Below are positions 24,643 to 34,704 of a DNA stretch of 64,000 nt, piece by piece. The position numbers and the translations under genes were made by a program. Position 1 is the first letter of the stretch. Every line of letters begins with the position of its first letter. Below the pieces are notes generated by a model. The model was not told the DNA's origin, ran no database searches, and saw nothing but the letters and a program-made list of their open reading frames with translations. This stretch comes from Enterococcus phage vB_OCPT_CCS1. Location: the sequence record ON113170.1, one strand, 5' to 3'.

Positions 24643-25269
24643 TTGAAGAAAACGACAATTGCAACATTAGGACTTTTAGGACTAGGACTATCATTAGGAT
24701 TGGGAGCTAAAGCTCACGCAGACGAAATCCAAGAAAATGGACAAACTTACTGGCAAGTAGAATCCGGAGATACATTATCAGCTATTGGTAATCGTTACGG
24801 AATTGATTTTAACCTAATTCACCAAGCAAACTCAGACAAAGTTTCAGATGCTAACTTGATTTATGTTGGAGACAAACTATTATTACCATTAAACGGTGAA
24901 GTTCAAGCTCCTGTAGCTCAACCAGTGCAAGAAGCACCAGTTGTAGAACAAGCGCCTGTAGTAGAAGAAACACCTGTAGTAGAACAGGCACCTGTAGTTG
25001 AACAGGCACCCGTTGTTCAAGAACCAGTAGAACAAGCTCCTGCCGTTACATCTAACTCAGCAAAAGAATGGATTGCACAAAAAGAATCTAGCGGTTCTTA
25101 CTCAGCAACTAACGGACGTTACATTGGACGTTACCAATTAGATGCTTCATACTTAAACGGTGACTACTCACCAGAAAACCAAGAACGTGTAGCAGATGCT
25201 TATGTTGCAGGACGTTATGGTTCATGGGAAAATGCACAAGCTTTCTGGTTAGCTAACGGTTGGTACTAA
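24643..25269 (+). CDS. secreted LysM protein with Pro/Val-rich linker and C-terminal transglycosylase-like (Apf-like) domain
   Basis: Signal peptide MKKTTIATLGLLGLGLSLGLGAKAHA; LysM (GDTLSAIGNRYGI...VGDKLLLP); QAPVVE repeats; C-terminal GRYQLDASY...AFWLANGWY. Confidence 0.7.
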   Translation: MKKTTIATLGLLGLGLSLGLGAKAHADEIQENGQTYWQVESGDTLSAIGNRYGIDFNLIHQANSDKVSDANLIYVGDKLLLPLNGEVQAPVAQPVQEAPVVEQAPVVEETPVVEQAPVVEQAPVVQEPVEQAPAVTSNSAKEWIAQKESSGSYSATNGRYIGRYQLDASYLNGDYSPENQERVADAYVAGRYGSWENAQAFWLANGWY

Positions 25270-25326
25270 AATAATAAATACTAACAGATTAAAAAAAGAC
25301 TCTCTTTTTAGGGGGTCTTTTTCTTA

Positions 25327-25336
25327 TGCTATATTA
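25327..25336 (+). promoter_or_regulatory. TGCTATATTA motif
   Basis: Recurrent decamer. Confidence 0.35.
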
Positions 25337-25371
25337 TAACTGTAACTTAAAACAAACAGGAAGTGATAGCT

Positions 25372-26316
25372 ATGAGTAACATTAACATGGAAACCGCAAT
25401 TGCGAACATGTACGCTCTAAAAGCAAGAGGTATTACTTACTCAATGAACTACTCCCGAACAGGTGCAGATGGCACAGGGGATTGCTCTGGTACTGTCTAT
25501 GATTCTTTACGTAAGGCAGGGGCTAGTGATGCAGGTTGGGTACTTAACACAGATAGTATGCACAGTTGGCTAGAAAAAAATGGTTTTAAACTGATTGCAC
25601 AAAATCAGGAATGGTCAGCTAAACGTGGAGACGTTGTTATCTTTGGTAAAAAAGGTGCAAGTGGTGGTTCCGCAGGTCACGTGGTTATCTTCATTAGTAG
25701 CACACAGATTATTCACTGTACATGGAAATCCGCAACAGCTAACGGTGTTTACGTAGATAACGAAGCAACTACTTGCCCATATAGCATGGGTTGGTATGTG
25801 TATCGTTTAAATGGTGGAAGTACTCCTCCAAAACCAAACACTAAGAAAGTAAAAGTACTTAAACATGCTACCAACTGGTCTCCATCAAGTAAAGGTGCAA
25901 AAATGGCAAGTTTTGTCAAAGGCGGTACATTTGACGTTAAACAACAACGACCAATTTCTTATTCTTACTCTAATCAAGAATACTTGATTGTAAATAAAGG
26001 AACAGTACTTGGATGGGTTCTTTCCCAAGACATTGAAGGTGGATATGGTTCAGATAGAGTTGGGGGAAGCAAACCTAAACTACCTGCCGGATTTACGAAG
26101 GAAGAAGCTACGTTTATTAATGGTAATGCTCCTATTACTACTCGTAAGAATAAACCAAGCTTATCTTCTCCAACAGCTACACCATTGTATCCGGGACAAT
26201 CTGTAAGATACCTTGGTTGGAAGTCTGCTGAGGGATACATCTGGATTTATGCAAACGATGGACGTTACATCCCTGTACGACCTGTAGGTAAGAAAGCATG
26301 GGGTACATTTAAGTAA
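25372..26316 (+). CDS. CHAP-domain peptidoglycan peptidase with C-terminal binding domain
   Basis: ATG 25372; catalytic Cys in DCSGTVYD and His in GHVVIF. Confidence 0.7.
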   Translation: MSNINMETAIANMYALKARGITYSMNYSRTGADGTGDCSGTVYDSLRKAGASDAGWVLNTDSMHSWLEKNGFKLIAQNQEWSAKRGDVVIFGKKGASGGSAGHVVIFISSTQIIHCTWKSATANGVYVDNEATTCPYSMGWYVYRLNGGSTPPKPNTKKVKVLKHATNWSPSSKGAKMASFVKGGTFDVKQQRPISYSYSNQEYLIVNKGTVLGWVLSQDIEGGYGSDRVGGSKPKLPAGFTKEEATFINGNAPITTRKNKPSLSSPTATPLYPGQSVRYLGWKSAEGYIWIYANDGRYIPVRPVGKKAWGTFK

Positions 26317-26326
26317 CATGACTTAA

Positions 26327-26352
26327 GAGGGCTATTTAGCCCTCTTTTTTGT
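26327..26352 (+). terminator. rho-independent terminator after the CHAP gene
   Basis: AGAGGGC-TATTTA-GCCCTCT plus T6. Confidence 0.55.
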
Positions 26353-26361
26353 GCTATATTA
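26352..26361 (+). promoter_or_regulatory. TGCTATATTA motif
   Basis: Recurrent decamer. Confidence 0.35.
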
Positions 26362-26444
26362 AATTAGTAGACAGTGATGAAAAATTGTTACAGGGCTACC
26401 TGTGGTATACTTAAACTAGTACAAATGCTTGGGGGTAAGAATAC

Positions 26445-26789
26445 GTGGCATACTTACAGGACGATACATGGCAAGCAGTAAAACAGTTAGCTAAACAAAA
26501 CGGTTTTGTAGGAGACTGGATTCTAATTATTCACCTCTACTATGAAAACGGTGGAAACAATGTACAAGTTCATACTGCTATAGATAATAAAAATTACCGC
26601 ATACTACGAATCTTAGATAACAAACAGGTTTTATTAGTTGATAGAGAAGGAAACGTTGCTGTAGAGGACTATGAAGTAGTCAATGACAGTCAGAAAGGTT
26701 TCTTTTATAGTGATATGCACAAAGTCGAACTAACACTTCCGGAAGGTTGTAGCTTCAACGGTAAACAAAGAATAAAAATTTATATATGA
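26445..26789 (+). CDS. hypothetical protein (114 aa)
   Basis: ORF track. Confidence 0.5.
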   Translation: MAYLQDDTWQAVKQLAKQNGFVGDWILIIHLYYENGGNNVQVHTAIDNKNYRILRILDNKQVLLVDREGNVAVEDYEVVNDSQKGFFYSDMHKVELTLPEGCSFNGKQRIKIYI

Positions 26790-26805
26790 GGTAGGTGTAA
26801 TCAAG

Positions 26806-28494
26806 TTGCCAAAATGGTTAGATAAAGTGTTGGGTGTAGAAGAAGATACTGACATCGTTAAAAGCGAAGAAGTCTACCAAACCTTGCTTAAAGAAATTCA
26901 AGCACAGCCGTTAACAGAAACGGTAGAGAAAGGTATGAATGGTAAACCAGTAGCATACATGCAACCTATAATTGGTGACATGTCAGTAAACCCCGGATTT
27001 AAGACAAAACCTTCTATTAGAAATTCTCAGGATTTACACAAAATGTTGAAGAAGTTTGGTAACAATATCATTCTTAATTCAATTATTAATACACGGTCAA
27101 ATCAGGTATCTATGTATTGTAAACCTGCAAGAAACTCTGAGACAGGTGTAGGTTACGAGGTTCGGCTGAAAGATATTGAACAAGAGCCATCCACACATGA
27201 CATTGCAAATATTAAAAGAATTGAAAGCTTTTTAGAAAATACCGCAGTATTCAAAGACCAAAATAGGGATAATTTTACTGCTTTTTGTAAGAAGATGGTA
27301 CGTGCAACTTATATGTATGACCAAGTTAACTTTGAGAAGGTATTCGATAAAGATGGTAACTTTATTAAATTTGATACTGTAGACCCCACAACAATCTTCT
27401 TAGCTACTAACGGTAAAGGAAAAATTATTGAAAAGGGAGAACGATTTGTACAAGTACTAGACAATCGAATCGTAGCCAAATTTAATGAACGTGAGATGGC
27501 TTTTGCTGTTCGTAACCCACGTGCTGATATTGAAGTAGGTCAGTACGGTTATCCAGAACTAGAGATTGCCTTGAAGCAGTTTATTGCACATGAAAACACC
27601 GAGACGTTTAATGACCGATTTTTCTCTCACGGAGGAACAACACGTGGTATCTTACATGTTAAAGCAGGACAACAACAAAGTCAGCAAGCATTAGATATTT
27701 TCCGTAGAGAATGGAGAAGCTCCTTATCAGGTATTAATGGTTCATGGCAAATCCCAGTAGTATCCGCAGAAGACGTTAAGTTCGTTAACATGACACCATC
27801 TGCTAATGATATGCAGTTTGAAAAATGGTTGAACTATTTAATCAATGTAATTTCTGCGTTGTATGGGATTGACCCCGCTGAAATTAACTTCCCGAATAAT
27901 GGGGGAGCAACTGGTTCTAAAGGTGGTTCTTTAAACGAGGGTAACTCAAAAGAGAAAATGCAAGCTTCCCAAAATAAAGGGTTACAACCATTATTACGCT
28001 TTATTGAAGATACTGTAAATACTTTCATTATTGCTGAGTTTGGAGACAAGTATCAATTCCAATTTAGAGGCGGAGACTTAAGTGCTCAATTAGACAAGAT
28101 TAAGATTCTTGAAGCAGAAGTTAAGGTATTTAAAACAGTTAACGAAGCACGTGCTGAAAAAGGGTTGGAACCAATTAAAGGTGGAGACGTAATCTTAGAC
28201 GGTGTTCTAATTCAATCTATCGGTCAGTTAATGCAACAAGAACAATTTAACTATCAAAGACAACAGGATAAGCTTAACAGGCTCTTAGAGATTTCTGGTG
28301 GCGAAGCAGATGATTCTAATGGAATTAGCTTCCAAGACAAACAACAAGGCTTAGATGGCACCTCAGCTAGCGTAAATGGTAAAGGAGAGTCATCTGTTGG
28401 TAAAGATGGTCAAATTAAAGGTAAAGGCGTAACTAACACCAATTCTGCTAAACAAGGTATGAAAGGTGATAAACCTAACGACTGGCAAAAATAA
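26806..28494 (+). CDS. portal protein (TTG start)
   Basis: 562 aa; precedes prohead protease, scaffold and capsid; Gly/acid-rich C-terminus. Confidence 0.6.
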   Translation: MPKWLDKVLGVEEDTDIVKSEEVYQTLLKEIQAQPLTETVEKGMNGKPVAYMQPIIGDMSVNPGFKTKPSIRNSQDLHKMLKKFGNNIILNSIINTRSNQVSMYCKPARNSETGVGYEVRLKDIEQEPSTHDIANIKRIESFLENTAVFKDQNRDNFTAFCKKMVRATYMYDQVNFEKVFDKDGNFIKFDTVDPTTIFLATNGKGKIIEKGERFVQVLDNRIVAKFNEREMAFAVRNPRADIEVGQYGYPELEIALKQFIAHENTETFNDRFFSHGGTTRGILHVKAGQQQSQQALDIFRREWRSSLSGINGSWQIPVVSAEDVKFVNMTPSANDMQFEKWLNYLINVISALYGIDPAEINFPNNGGATGSKGGSLNEGNSKEKMQASQNKGLQPLLRFIEDTVNTFIIAEFGDKYQFQFRGGDLSAQLDKIKILEAEVKVFKTVNEARAEKGLEPIKGGDVILDGVLIQSIGQLMQQEQFNYQRQQDKLNRLLEISGGEADDSNGISFQDKQQGLDGTSASVNGKGESSVGKDGQIKGKGVTNTNSAKQGMKGDKPNDWQK

Positions 28495-28547
28495 ATAGAG
28501 GGGTAACACCCTCTATTTACAATTGTCCAACTGTTTAGTGGTAGTTC

Positions 28548-28557
28548 TGCTATATTA
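28548..28557 (+). promoter_or_regulatory. TGCTATATTA motif
   Basis: Recurrent decamer. Confidence 0.35.
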
Positions 28558-28593
28558 AAAACAGATGTAAGTTTAGGTGGTGAATGAACAAGA

Positions 28594-29382
28594 ATGCAAG
28601 AAAAGTATAATATTTTCGTTCCCATTGACGTAGCAGGTTCTGTAGAGAAATCTGAACAGGCAAACGATGGTGAATGGTACGTACAGGGTTACGCTACAAC
28701 GCCTGACCTTGACTTGCAAGGAGACATTATTTTACCACAGGGAATTGACATTTCTTACTTTGTTACTAAAGGGTGGGTAAACTACGAACATAAACAAGAT
28801 GCGGAATACATCATCGGTGTACCAACTGACAACTGTTATGTAGACCTTAATAAAGGCTTATTCGTAGAAGCTAAACTTATGAAAGAAAGCAAGTATGCTC
28901 AATCAATGTGGCAGTTAGCTAATACCATTCAAAAATCAGGAATCTCACGTCAGTTAGGTTTCTCAATTGAAGGGGCAGTTACAAGTCGAAATGCAAGAGA
29001 CAATCGTATTATTGAGGGTGTGGCTATCAGAAACGTAGCATTAACTACACATCCTGCTAACCCACAAGCTACGTGGGAAACACTTGTTAAGTCTTGGACA
29101 ACAGGGTATGGAATTACTCCTGAGACACAGACAGATGCAGGGGCATTACGTAGAGAAATGTTTAAAGAAGACATTACAAACTTAACGTATGCAGTTAAAA
29201 CAGTAGCTAAGTTATATGGTAAAAAGCCCGAAGATAAAGAGTTTATATTGCGTGAAGTTGCTAAGAGTTTTGACCAAGAAACCTCTGAACCAGAGTTAAG
29301 TGCATTTATGTTACAATTAACTAGAGGGGTTTCCTTACAAGAAGCTAACAACTTCATTGAAAGTAGAAAGGAGCTAAAATAG
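28594..29382 (+). CDS. prohead maturation protease (putative)
   Basis: 262 aa between portal and scaffold-like gene. Confidence 0.5.
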   Translation: MQEKYNIFVPIDVAGSVEKSEQANDGEWYVQGYATTPDLDLQGDIILPQGIDISYFVTKGWVNYEHKQDAEYIIGVPTDNCYVDLNKGLFVEAKLMKESKYAQSMWQLANTIQKSGISRQLGFSIEGAVTSRNARDNRIIEGVAIRNVALTTHPANPQATWETLVKSWTTGYGITPETQTDAGALRREMFKEDITNLTYAVKTVAKLYGKKPEDKEFILREVAKSFDQETSEPELSAFMLQLTRGVSLQEANNFIESRKELK

Positions 29383-30398
29383 TGTCTAAAACAATCAATG
29401 ACATTATCGAAGATTTCGATTCAAAAGTGAATGTACAGGAAGTTTCTAAATCTATTGAAGACGAACAAGTAGAACCTGTACAGGAAGAAGCAGTTGAAGC
29501 ACCAGAAACAGTTGAAGAAGGTGTGGAAAGTGACAAGCCGGAAGAACAGCCTGTTGAAGCTGAGGAAGTTAAAGAGGATGCTAAACCAGAATCCGAACCT
29601 GCTGAGTCAGTTGAGAAGTCAGAACCAGAGTCCGAAGTCGCAGAAGAAGCTACGGAACCAGAAGTGGAAGAAGTAGAAAAATCTGATAAGGAATCCGATG
29701 AAGAAGAAAAGAAATCTTCTGACAAAGAGGACGACAAAGAGGACGACAAAGACGATAAAAAGGCTAAAAAAGATAAAGAAGATAAAAAAGAAGATAAAGA
29801 CAAGGAAGATGAAGACAAAGAAGATGTTAAAAAATCTGATGAGTCCGAAGTCTCAGAACCTGTAGAGAAATCTACTATTTCTCCACAAGATATTCTTGGT
29901 GGATTTGAAGCAGTATTCAAAAATATGGCAGGTCTTGTTGATGTCCAAAAATCTTTAACAGATACTATTACAGAATTAAAATCTGAAATTGTAAGCTTAC
30001 GTGAAGCTAGAGAAGCAATTTCTATTGAACCTGAGGAAGTTAATAAATCTATTCTTTTAGATAAAACTAGTGAAGTAACTGTAGAAGGTAAAGCAGTAGG
30101 ATTTGTTACTAAATCTGTAGATGTGCAACCAGATGTAACTTCTGAACAAGAAGACGTTGTTGAAGTAGTAGTAGAAGGTGCTGAACAACAAGAAGAAGCT
30201 CCTGATAAATCTGATGAAGAACAATTGTTTGACAGTGTTCGTGGAATCCGTGACGACTTAATGAGCACATATACTCGTGTTGCAAGTACCGGACAAGCTC
30301 CTCGTGGTGAGTTAGAGGAAATTCGTCAATTATGGGGACGTATTAAATCCCAAGACGAACTAGCTCGTGCACAAGCATTCATTGATAAATACAAATAA
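29382..30398 (+). CDS. acidic scaffold-like protein
   Basis: 338 aa, extreme E/D/K low complexity (EEVEEVEKSDKESDEEEKK...), coiled-coil C-terminus; classic scaffold position. Confidence 0.5.
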   Translation: MSKTINDIIEDFDSKVNVQEVSKSIEDEQVEPVQEEAVEAPETVEEGVESDKPEEQPVEAEEVKEDAKPESEPAESVEKSEPESEVAEEATEPEVEEVEKSDKESDEEEKKSSDKEDDKEDDKDDKKAKKDKEDKKEDKDKEDEDKEDVKKSDESEVSEPVEKSTISPQDILGGFEAVFKNMAGLVDVQKSLTDTITELKSEIVSLREAREAISIEPEEVNKSILLDKTSEVTVEGKAVGFVTKSVDVQPDVTSEQEDVVEVVVEGAEQQEEAPDKSDEEQLFDSVRGIRDDLMSTYTRVASTGQAPRGELEEIRQLWGRIKSQDELARAQAFIDKYK

Positions 30399-30431
30399 AT
30401 TTACTAAAATGTAAATTTTTTTAAGGTGTAC

Positions 30432-30441
30432 TGCTATATTA
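30432..30441 (+). promoter_or_regulatory. TGCTATATTA motif upstream of the capsid gene
   Basis: Recurrent decamer. Confidence 0.35.
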
Positions 30442-30520
30442 TAGTCAGAACCAATGAGAGACCTGACATTTCCCCCCTGAACCTCCACAGGGTCAGGTCT
30501 CATCTTTGAGAGGAATAAAA

Positions 30521-31942
30521 ATGAAAGGTGATTTATATATAATGCCAGAAGACAAAAAACAAGAAGCTAAATTAAATCCCGTTCAGGAACAAGTAATCAA
30601 AGGATTTACAACTGGTTATGGTATTACTCCTGACACGCAAACTGATGCAGCGGCTTTAAGACGAGAATTTCTAGATGACCAAATTACTATGCTTACATGG
30701 GCAGAAGGAGACTTGTCATTCTATCGTGACATCACAAAACGCCCTGCTACATCTACAGTAGCTAAATATGACGTATACTTAGCACATGGTAAAGTAGGAC
30801 ATACACGTTTCGTTCGTGAAATCGGTGTAGCTCCAATTTCTGACCCAAGCTTACGTCAAAAAACTGTTAACATGAAATACGTTTCTGATACTAAGAACAT
30901 GAGTATCGCATCTGGTTTAGTTAACAACATCGAAGACCCAATGCAAATCTTAACAGACGATGCTATCTCTGTTGTTGCTAAAACAATTGAATGGGCTTCT
31001 TTCTATGGAGATGCTGACTTATCTGAAAACCCAGAACGTGACTCCGGTCTAGAATTTGACGGTTTAGTTAAATTAATTGACAAACATAACGTTATTGATG
31101 CTAAAGGTGAAAGCTTAACAGAAGCATTGCTTAACCAAGCTTCCGTATTAATCGGTAAAGGTTATGGTACTCCAACTGATGCTTACATGCCAATCGGTGT
31201 ACAAGCTGACTTCGTTAACCAACAACTTGACAAACAAGTTCAAGTTATCCGTGACAACGGTCAAAATGTAACAATGGGATTCAACGTTCAAGGGTTCAAC
31301 TCTGCACGTGGATTCATTAAATTACATGGTTCAACAGTAATGGAATTAGAACAAATCTTGGATGAATACCAAATGGTTAGCCCTAATGCTCCACAAAAAG
31401 CTACTGTTCAAACAGCTGTAGAAACTAACAAGAAAGGTACATTCCGTCCAGAAGACATTGCTACTCCTGCTGAGTATAAAGTAGTTGTAGTATCTGACGA
31501 TGCAGAATCTGCTCCATCTGACGTAGCTACTGCTACAATTGCTAATGCTACTGACGGTGTTAAATTATCAATCACTATCAACAGCATGTACCAAGCTCGT
31601 CCTCAATACGTAGCTATCTACCGTAAAGGACATCAAACAGGATTGTTCTACCAAATCGCACGTGTACCTGCAAGTAAAGCAGAAGGCAACGTAATCACTT
31701 TCTACGATTTGAACCAACAAATCCCTGAAACTGCTGACGTATTCGTAGGTGAATTGACTCCATCTGTAGTTCACTTGTTCGAATTACTACCAATGATGCG
31801 TTTACCATTAGCTCAAATGAACGCTTCTGTAACATTCGCAGTTCTATGGTATGGTGCTTTAGCTCTTCGTGCACCTAAGAAATGGGCACGAATCAAGAAC
31901 GTTAAATACATTCCATCTGGAAACGTAATTAACGAACGCTAA
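30521..31942 (+). CDS. major capsid protein
   Basis: ATG 30521 (GAGAGGAATAAAAATG); about 473 aa; position after protease and scaffold; high codon-usage gene. Confidence 0.65.
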   Translation: MKGDLYIMPEDKKQEAKLNPVQEQVIKGFTTGYGITPDTQTDAAALRREFLDDQITMLTWAEGDLSFYRDITKRPATSTVAKYDVYLAHGKVGHTRFVREIGVAPISDPSLRQKTVNMKYVSDTKNMSIASGLVNNIEDPMQILTDDAISVVAKTIEWASFYGDADLSENPERDSGLEFDGLVKLIDKHNVIDAKGESLTEALLNQASVLIGKGYGTPTDAYMPIGVQADFVNQQLDKQVQVIRDNGQNVTMGFNVQGFNSARGFIKLHGSTVMELEQILDEYQMVSPNAPQKATVQTAVETNKKGTFRPEDIATPAEYKVVVVSDDAESAPSDVATATIANATDGVKLSITINSMYQARPQYVAIYRKGHQTGLFYQIARVPASKAEGNVITFYDLNQQIPETADVFVGELTPSVVHLFELLPMMRLPLAQMNASVTFAVLWYGALALRAPKKWARIKNVKYIPSGNVINER

Positions 31943-31979
31943 TCTTAGTTAAACTAAGAAAAATTGAATAGAAAACGGA

Positions 31980-32012
31980 ATAGGGAACGGTCTAACTGTT
32001 CCCTATTTTTAT
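31980..32012 (+). terminator. rho-independent terminator after the capsid gene
   Basis: ATAGGGAAC-GGTCTAACT-GTTCCCTAT plus T5. Confidence 0.55.
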
Positions 32013-32039
32013 TATAACGAATTAAATGGAGGAATACAA

Positions 32040-32291
32040 ATGTTAAAATCTACAGTATTACAAAATAAAAAAGTGGCAACATCTTTTGGAGAAGCTGAAT
32101 TTAACCATTTAGGAGAAAGTCATAACTTGCCAGAGGAACATCAAAAAGCTTTAGCTGAAAAGGTACCTTATTTGACACACATTCCTGATAAGAAAGAAAA
32201 ACCTAAAGAGGAAAAAGAAGTAAAAGAAGAAAAACCAAAAGCTAAAAAAGCACCTGCTAAAGCTAAAACAGCCAAAAAAGATAAAGAGTAG
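32040..32291 (+). CDS. small Lys/Glu-rich protein (83 aa)
   Basis: ORF track. Confidence 0.4.
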   Translation: MLKSTVLQNKKVATSFGEAEFNHLGESHNLPEEHQKALAEKVPYLTHIPDKKEKPKEEKEVKEEKPKAKKAPAKAKTAKKDKE

Positions 32292-32302
32292 GAGGTCATC
32301 AT

Positions 32303-33199
32303 ATGTACCCAGATTACGGTTATGATGATGGTGGAAACCAAGATGTATACCAACCATATGCACATGGTAACCCAAAACATATTGACATTGCAGACCTAGA
32401 TAAGATTACTCCTGCTGATTACGGTTGGACTCCTGACACGTTAAAGGCTTATATGTTTGGGGTATCTGTAGTTAACCCTGAAACAGGTGAACCATTAGGA
32501 GATACATTCTATGAGCATGTAATTGACACAGCAATTGCTAAAGCCGAAAAGAAACTGGATATTGCGATTTTACCTCGTTTAATTCAAGGGGAACATCACG
32601 ATTTTCACCAATCGGATTTCAACTCTTACTTATACACGCATGTGTTTAAACGACCACTAATTCAAGCTGAAAAGCTACAATTAGAAATTAATGGACGAGG
32701 AATTTATCGTTACCCTGCAAACTGGTGGAAAGTATATACCCTAGCGGGGCATATCCAAATGTACCCAACAGCAATGATGCAAACAGGTACACAATTTGCC
32801 TATGATTTTGCATTCTCTGGCTACCCACAATTAGCAGGTATGCCACCTTCATCTGGTCAAGTAGATGCTCCACAAATGATTCATATTGACTACGTAGCGG
32901 GTATGTTACCTCGTAAGAATCGTGGATACAATGCTGAGTGGGAGTGTCCTGCTGATTTAGAGCAATTAGTAATCAAATATGCTATTAAGGAAATCTTCCA
33001 ACAATGGGGACGTTTGATTATTGGTGCCGGTATTGCAGGAAAATCCTTGTCAATTGACGGTGTAACTGAAAGTATACAAACAACACAATCTGCTATGTAT
33101 GGTGGTGCTTCTGCCGACATTAAACAGATTGACGAAGATATTGATAGACTAGAACGTGACCTAGCTTCCTACTTCGGAATGAACCTAGGAATTATTTAA
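32303..33199 (+). CDS. head-tail joining region structural protein (298 aa)
   Basis: GGAGG RBS; position. Confidence 0.5.
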   Translation: MYPDYGYDDGGNQDVYQPYAHGNPKHIDIADLDKITPADYGWTPDTLKAYMFGVSVVNPETGEPLGDTFYEHVIDTAIAKAEKKLDIAILPRLIQGEHHDFHQSDFNSYLYTHVFKRPLIQAEKLQLEINGRGIYRYPANWWKVYTLAGHIQMYPTAMMQTGTQFAYDFAFSGYPQLAGMPPSSGQVDAPQMIHIDYVAGMLPRKNRGYNAEWECPADLEQLVIKYAIKEIFQQWGRLIIGAGIAGKSLSIDGVTESIQTTQSAMYGGASADIKQIDEDIDRLERDLASYFGMNLGII

Positions 33200-33212
33200 G
33201 GAGGGATGACTC

Positions 33213-34085
33213 ATGGCTAATGAACCAACACGTTTCAGCAGTTCAGGTTCTACAGGTAACCCTAAGCAATATATGAATGTAAGTAGACTAGAGTTTGAAA
33301 CAAAAGGTATGGATACCTTTGTAATGAACCGTGGTATAAACATTCTGTGGGAACGAGCTTGGCTTTGTACATGCCGAAATCCGATGACTCTTGCTCCTGA
33401 CTCTAATTGCCCTATTTGTAGGGGAAGAGGTATTGCCTATCAACCTGCTGTTAAGGACATAATGATTATCCAAAGTCAAGAAAAAGGTGTATCAAACCAA
33501 GATTTGGGGTTGTTCGATTCTGGTACAGCTATTGGTACAACTCCAATTGACTCTAAAATTACTTTCCGAGACAGAGTTACTGTCCCAGATGTGGAAATAT
33601 ACCAAAGTTTCATTTTTAATGTAAATAGTCGTAGATTAGAGACAGGTATGTTTTTAAGCTATGATGTTAAACGGCTAGAGGATGTGTATGGTGACAAAGG
33701 GCAAGTCCTTGTGGAGGGTAAAGACTTTACGATGGACTATAGCACGAATACTTTTTATCCTAAACAACATTTGTTAAACACGAACATCTCTATCAACATG
33801 GCAGTAACATTACGTTATCTGGTTATTGATTTACTCAAAGAAAGTCGTTACCAGTACACGAAATTTGGTGTAAAAGAACCGCTGTTTGAGAACCTTCCTA
33901 GAAAGCTCCTATTGAAGCGTGAGGACATCTTTGTTGATAGTGAACCTTTTGTATTAGAAGTAGATACGAAGTCTCGTCTAGAGGCACTAGAGAAAGAAAA
34001 AGAAATAACAGAATCTAAGATGGTAGACCCTAAACGTACAGGTTCAAGTGCGGGAGGATTCTTTGGAGGTAAACTAAATGGCTAA
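33213..34085 (+). CDS. structural protein (290 aa)
   Basis: GGAGGG RBS. Confidence 0.5.
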   Translation: MANEPTRFSSSGSTGNPKQYMNVSRLEFETKGMDTFVMNRGINILWERAWLCTCRNPMTLAPDSNCPICRGRGIAYQPAVKDIMIIQSQEKGVSNQDLGLFDSGTAIGTTPIDSKITFRDRVTVPDVEIYQSFIFNVNSRRLETGMFLSYDVKRLEDVYGDKGQVLVEGKDFTMDYSTNTFYPKQHLLNTNISINMAVTLRYLVIDLLKESRYQYTKFGVKEPLFENLPRKLLLKREDIFVDSEPFVLEVDTKSRLEALEKEKEITESKMVDPKRTGSSAGGFFGGKLNG

Positions 34086-34701
34086 GAAAGGACAACGACC
34101 TGCACTGTTCACCAGTCCTAAAGAAATGTTAGGTAATCTGACACGAGCAATGGTAGATGAGATTCTATCTGATGCACAAGACCAAGCATTACGTGCAGGT
34201 GCTGATGTCCAAAGAATGCCTAATTATTTACAGGTAACAGAATCAAGAATGGCTAAGAGCGGTGTAATTGATTTAAAACCGTTCTTCGCTCGTTCTAGTA
34301 AGAAGAAGTACAATAAAAAAGGTGAATGGTACTTATATATTCCTATTCAAATTAAGACAAGAAAGATGTCTAGAAGATTATATGACGATTTAAGGTCTTT
34401 TCCTACAAATGGTCGTCCTGTAACAGTTAAGATGGACTATCTTTATGATAGAAGAAAACAAAGTCCCGCTGTACAAAGTATCAACTATAGCCCTAAGTCC
34501 AAAAATGTTACAATTATACCAAGAGAGTGGGGAGAAGGTACACGGAATACATATGTTACATTCCGTACAGTAAATGCCAATTCTCCGGCTAACAGTTGGA
34601 TAATCAATCGTAGTAAAGTGAACTCGGACGATATGAGTAAAACAATGTTAGCTAACATCGACAGGTTAATGAAGTGGAAATTGAAGAATTTAGGAGGGTA
34701 A
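34078..34701 (+). CDS. structural protein (207 aa)
   Basis: Overlapping start. Confidence 0.5.
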   Translation: MAKKGQRPALFTSPKEMLGNLTRAMVDEILSDAQDQALRAGADVQRMPNYLQVTESRMAKSGVIDLKPFFARSSKKKYNKKGEWYLYIPIQIKTRKMSRRLYDDLRSFPTNGRPVTVKMDYLYDRRKQSPAVQSINYSPKSKNVTIIPREWGEGTRNTYVTFRTVNANSPANSWIINRSKVNSDDMSKTMLANIDRLMKWKLKNLGG

Positions 34702-34704
34702 AAG

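Noticed and set aside
29354-30268. 304-aa minus-strand Ser/Thr-rich ORF
   Set aside because: Antisense shadow of the low-complexity acidic scaffold gene
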